Below, one piece after another: positions 63,239 through 64,000 of a DNA stretch of 64,000 nucleotides. Numbering within the stretch: the first letter of the stretch is position 1; the number at the start of each line of letters is the position of its first letter. Source of the stretch: Tubiluchus corallicola (lineage: Eukaryota; Animalia; Priapulida); assembly GCA_030141605.1 (NCBI GenBank), contig JAQGDQ010000308.1:1-64000 (forward strand). Direction: 5' to 3'. The notes below the pieces were generated by a model that saw only the letters and a program-made list of their open reading frames with translations, was not told where the DNA came from and did no database searches. Position numbers and translations under genes: made by a program.

Positions 63239-64000
63239 CTGTTGAGCCATTAATTGTCTTGTTAAATGATTAAATTAAGCAAATATTATAAAGAGAGAAA
63301 ACAAAGTGAACAAGTGGGAGAATTTACATGCTTTGACGATAATTACATGCATGACATATGCTGAAACAAAATTAACTTGAGTTAAAGGATCGTAATTTTC
63401 TATCTGAGAATCATATCATTATGTACTACATTGTTAATAGTTAATAATGCTTGTGTACGTACTGCCATTCAGTAGTCTATATGCACTTCCAATTATAGAC
63501 CAAAGAGGCCTTTACAAGACATCCAGAATTTGTGCATTATTGCACATGTATTATTGCATTGTAGGTAAAAATCACTTTATATCATTTTCAATATAACCTG
63601 CATTATTGCATATTGGAATCTCAATATAGTTATTGTAGGTGTTTATATGCAGCTCAATACGCATAATGCATTTCGGATTTTCTAGTAACTAGATGCTGCT
63701 TAAATCATAGAGATAATGTCACGTGAAGGTGTCAAAACCATAACAGAACACAAAAAGTCAAAATCATTACACAAAAACCCACGCTCATACTGTGCAACAT
63801 GCAATTTGCAACATATTTGTCATAAAGAACTGCAGTCTAAATTTAAAGAGCAACGAGCACTTGCAATAGCAAATAAAGGTTGTGAAGAAATAACATCCAT
63901 GATGCACAGAGTGATTTTACAGGTTGTTCGTTATATTATATTTGTACTTGCACCATACTGCAATGCTATAAATTGCCTATAATAAACTGCTTGTGAAAGG

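Noticed and set aside
63716-63982. 88-aa ORF with CxxC...C (piggyBac cysteine-rich domain?)
   Set aside because: Only a partial motif, no TTAA/TIR evidence within the window.

Overview
AT-rich, intron-containing animal (invertebrate-type) genomic DNA; all host genes lie on the minus strand. Right to left: the last three coding exons of a TTC33-like TPR gene; an intronless mevalonate kinase starting only 35 nt after the TTC33 stop (candidate dicistronic/operon unit); an intronless 1145-aa BCR/ABR RhoGEF-RhoGAP; an internally deleted ABCB1/P-glycoprotein copy (exon 1 and the last two exons survive, with RTE retrotransposons in between); and an apparently intact multi-exon ABCB1 paralog running off the left edge. 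The two ABCB upstream regions are a tandem duplication. A young full-length Gmr1-type Ty3/Gypsy element (SCAN-like Gag, PR-INT-RT-RH order, tRNA-Leu PBS, CACTT TSD) sits ~780 bp upstream of the intact ABCB start, and the empty site is preserved in the other copy. The rest is TE debris: a second Gypsy remnant, RTE/BovB-, L2-, CR1- and RTEX-like LINEs, hAT MITEs, a Tigger derivative and a tRNA-derived SINE. All calls were made by eye; no searches or alignments were run.
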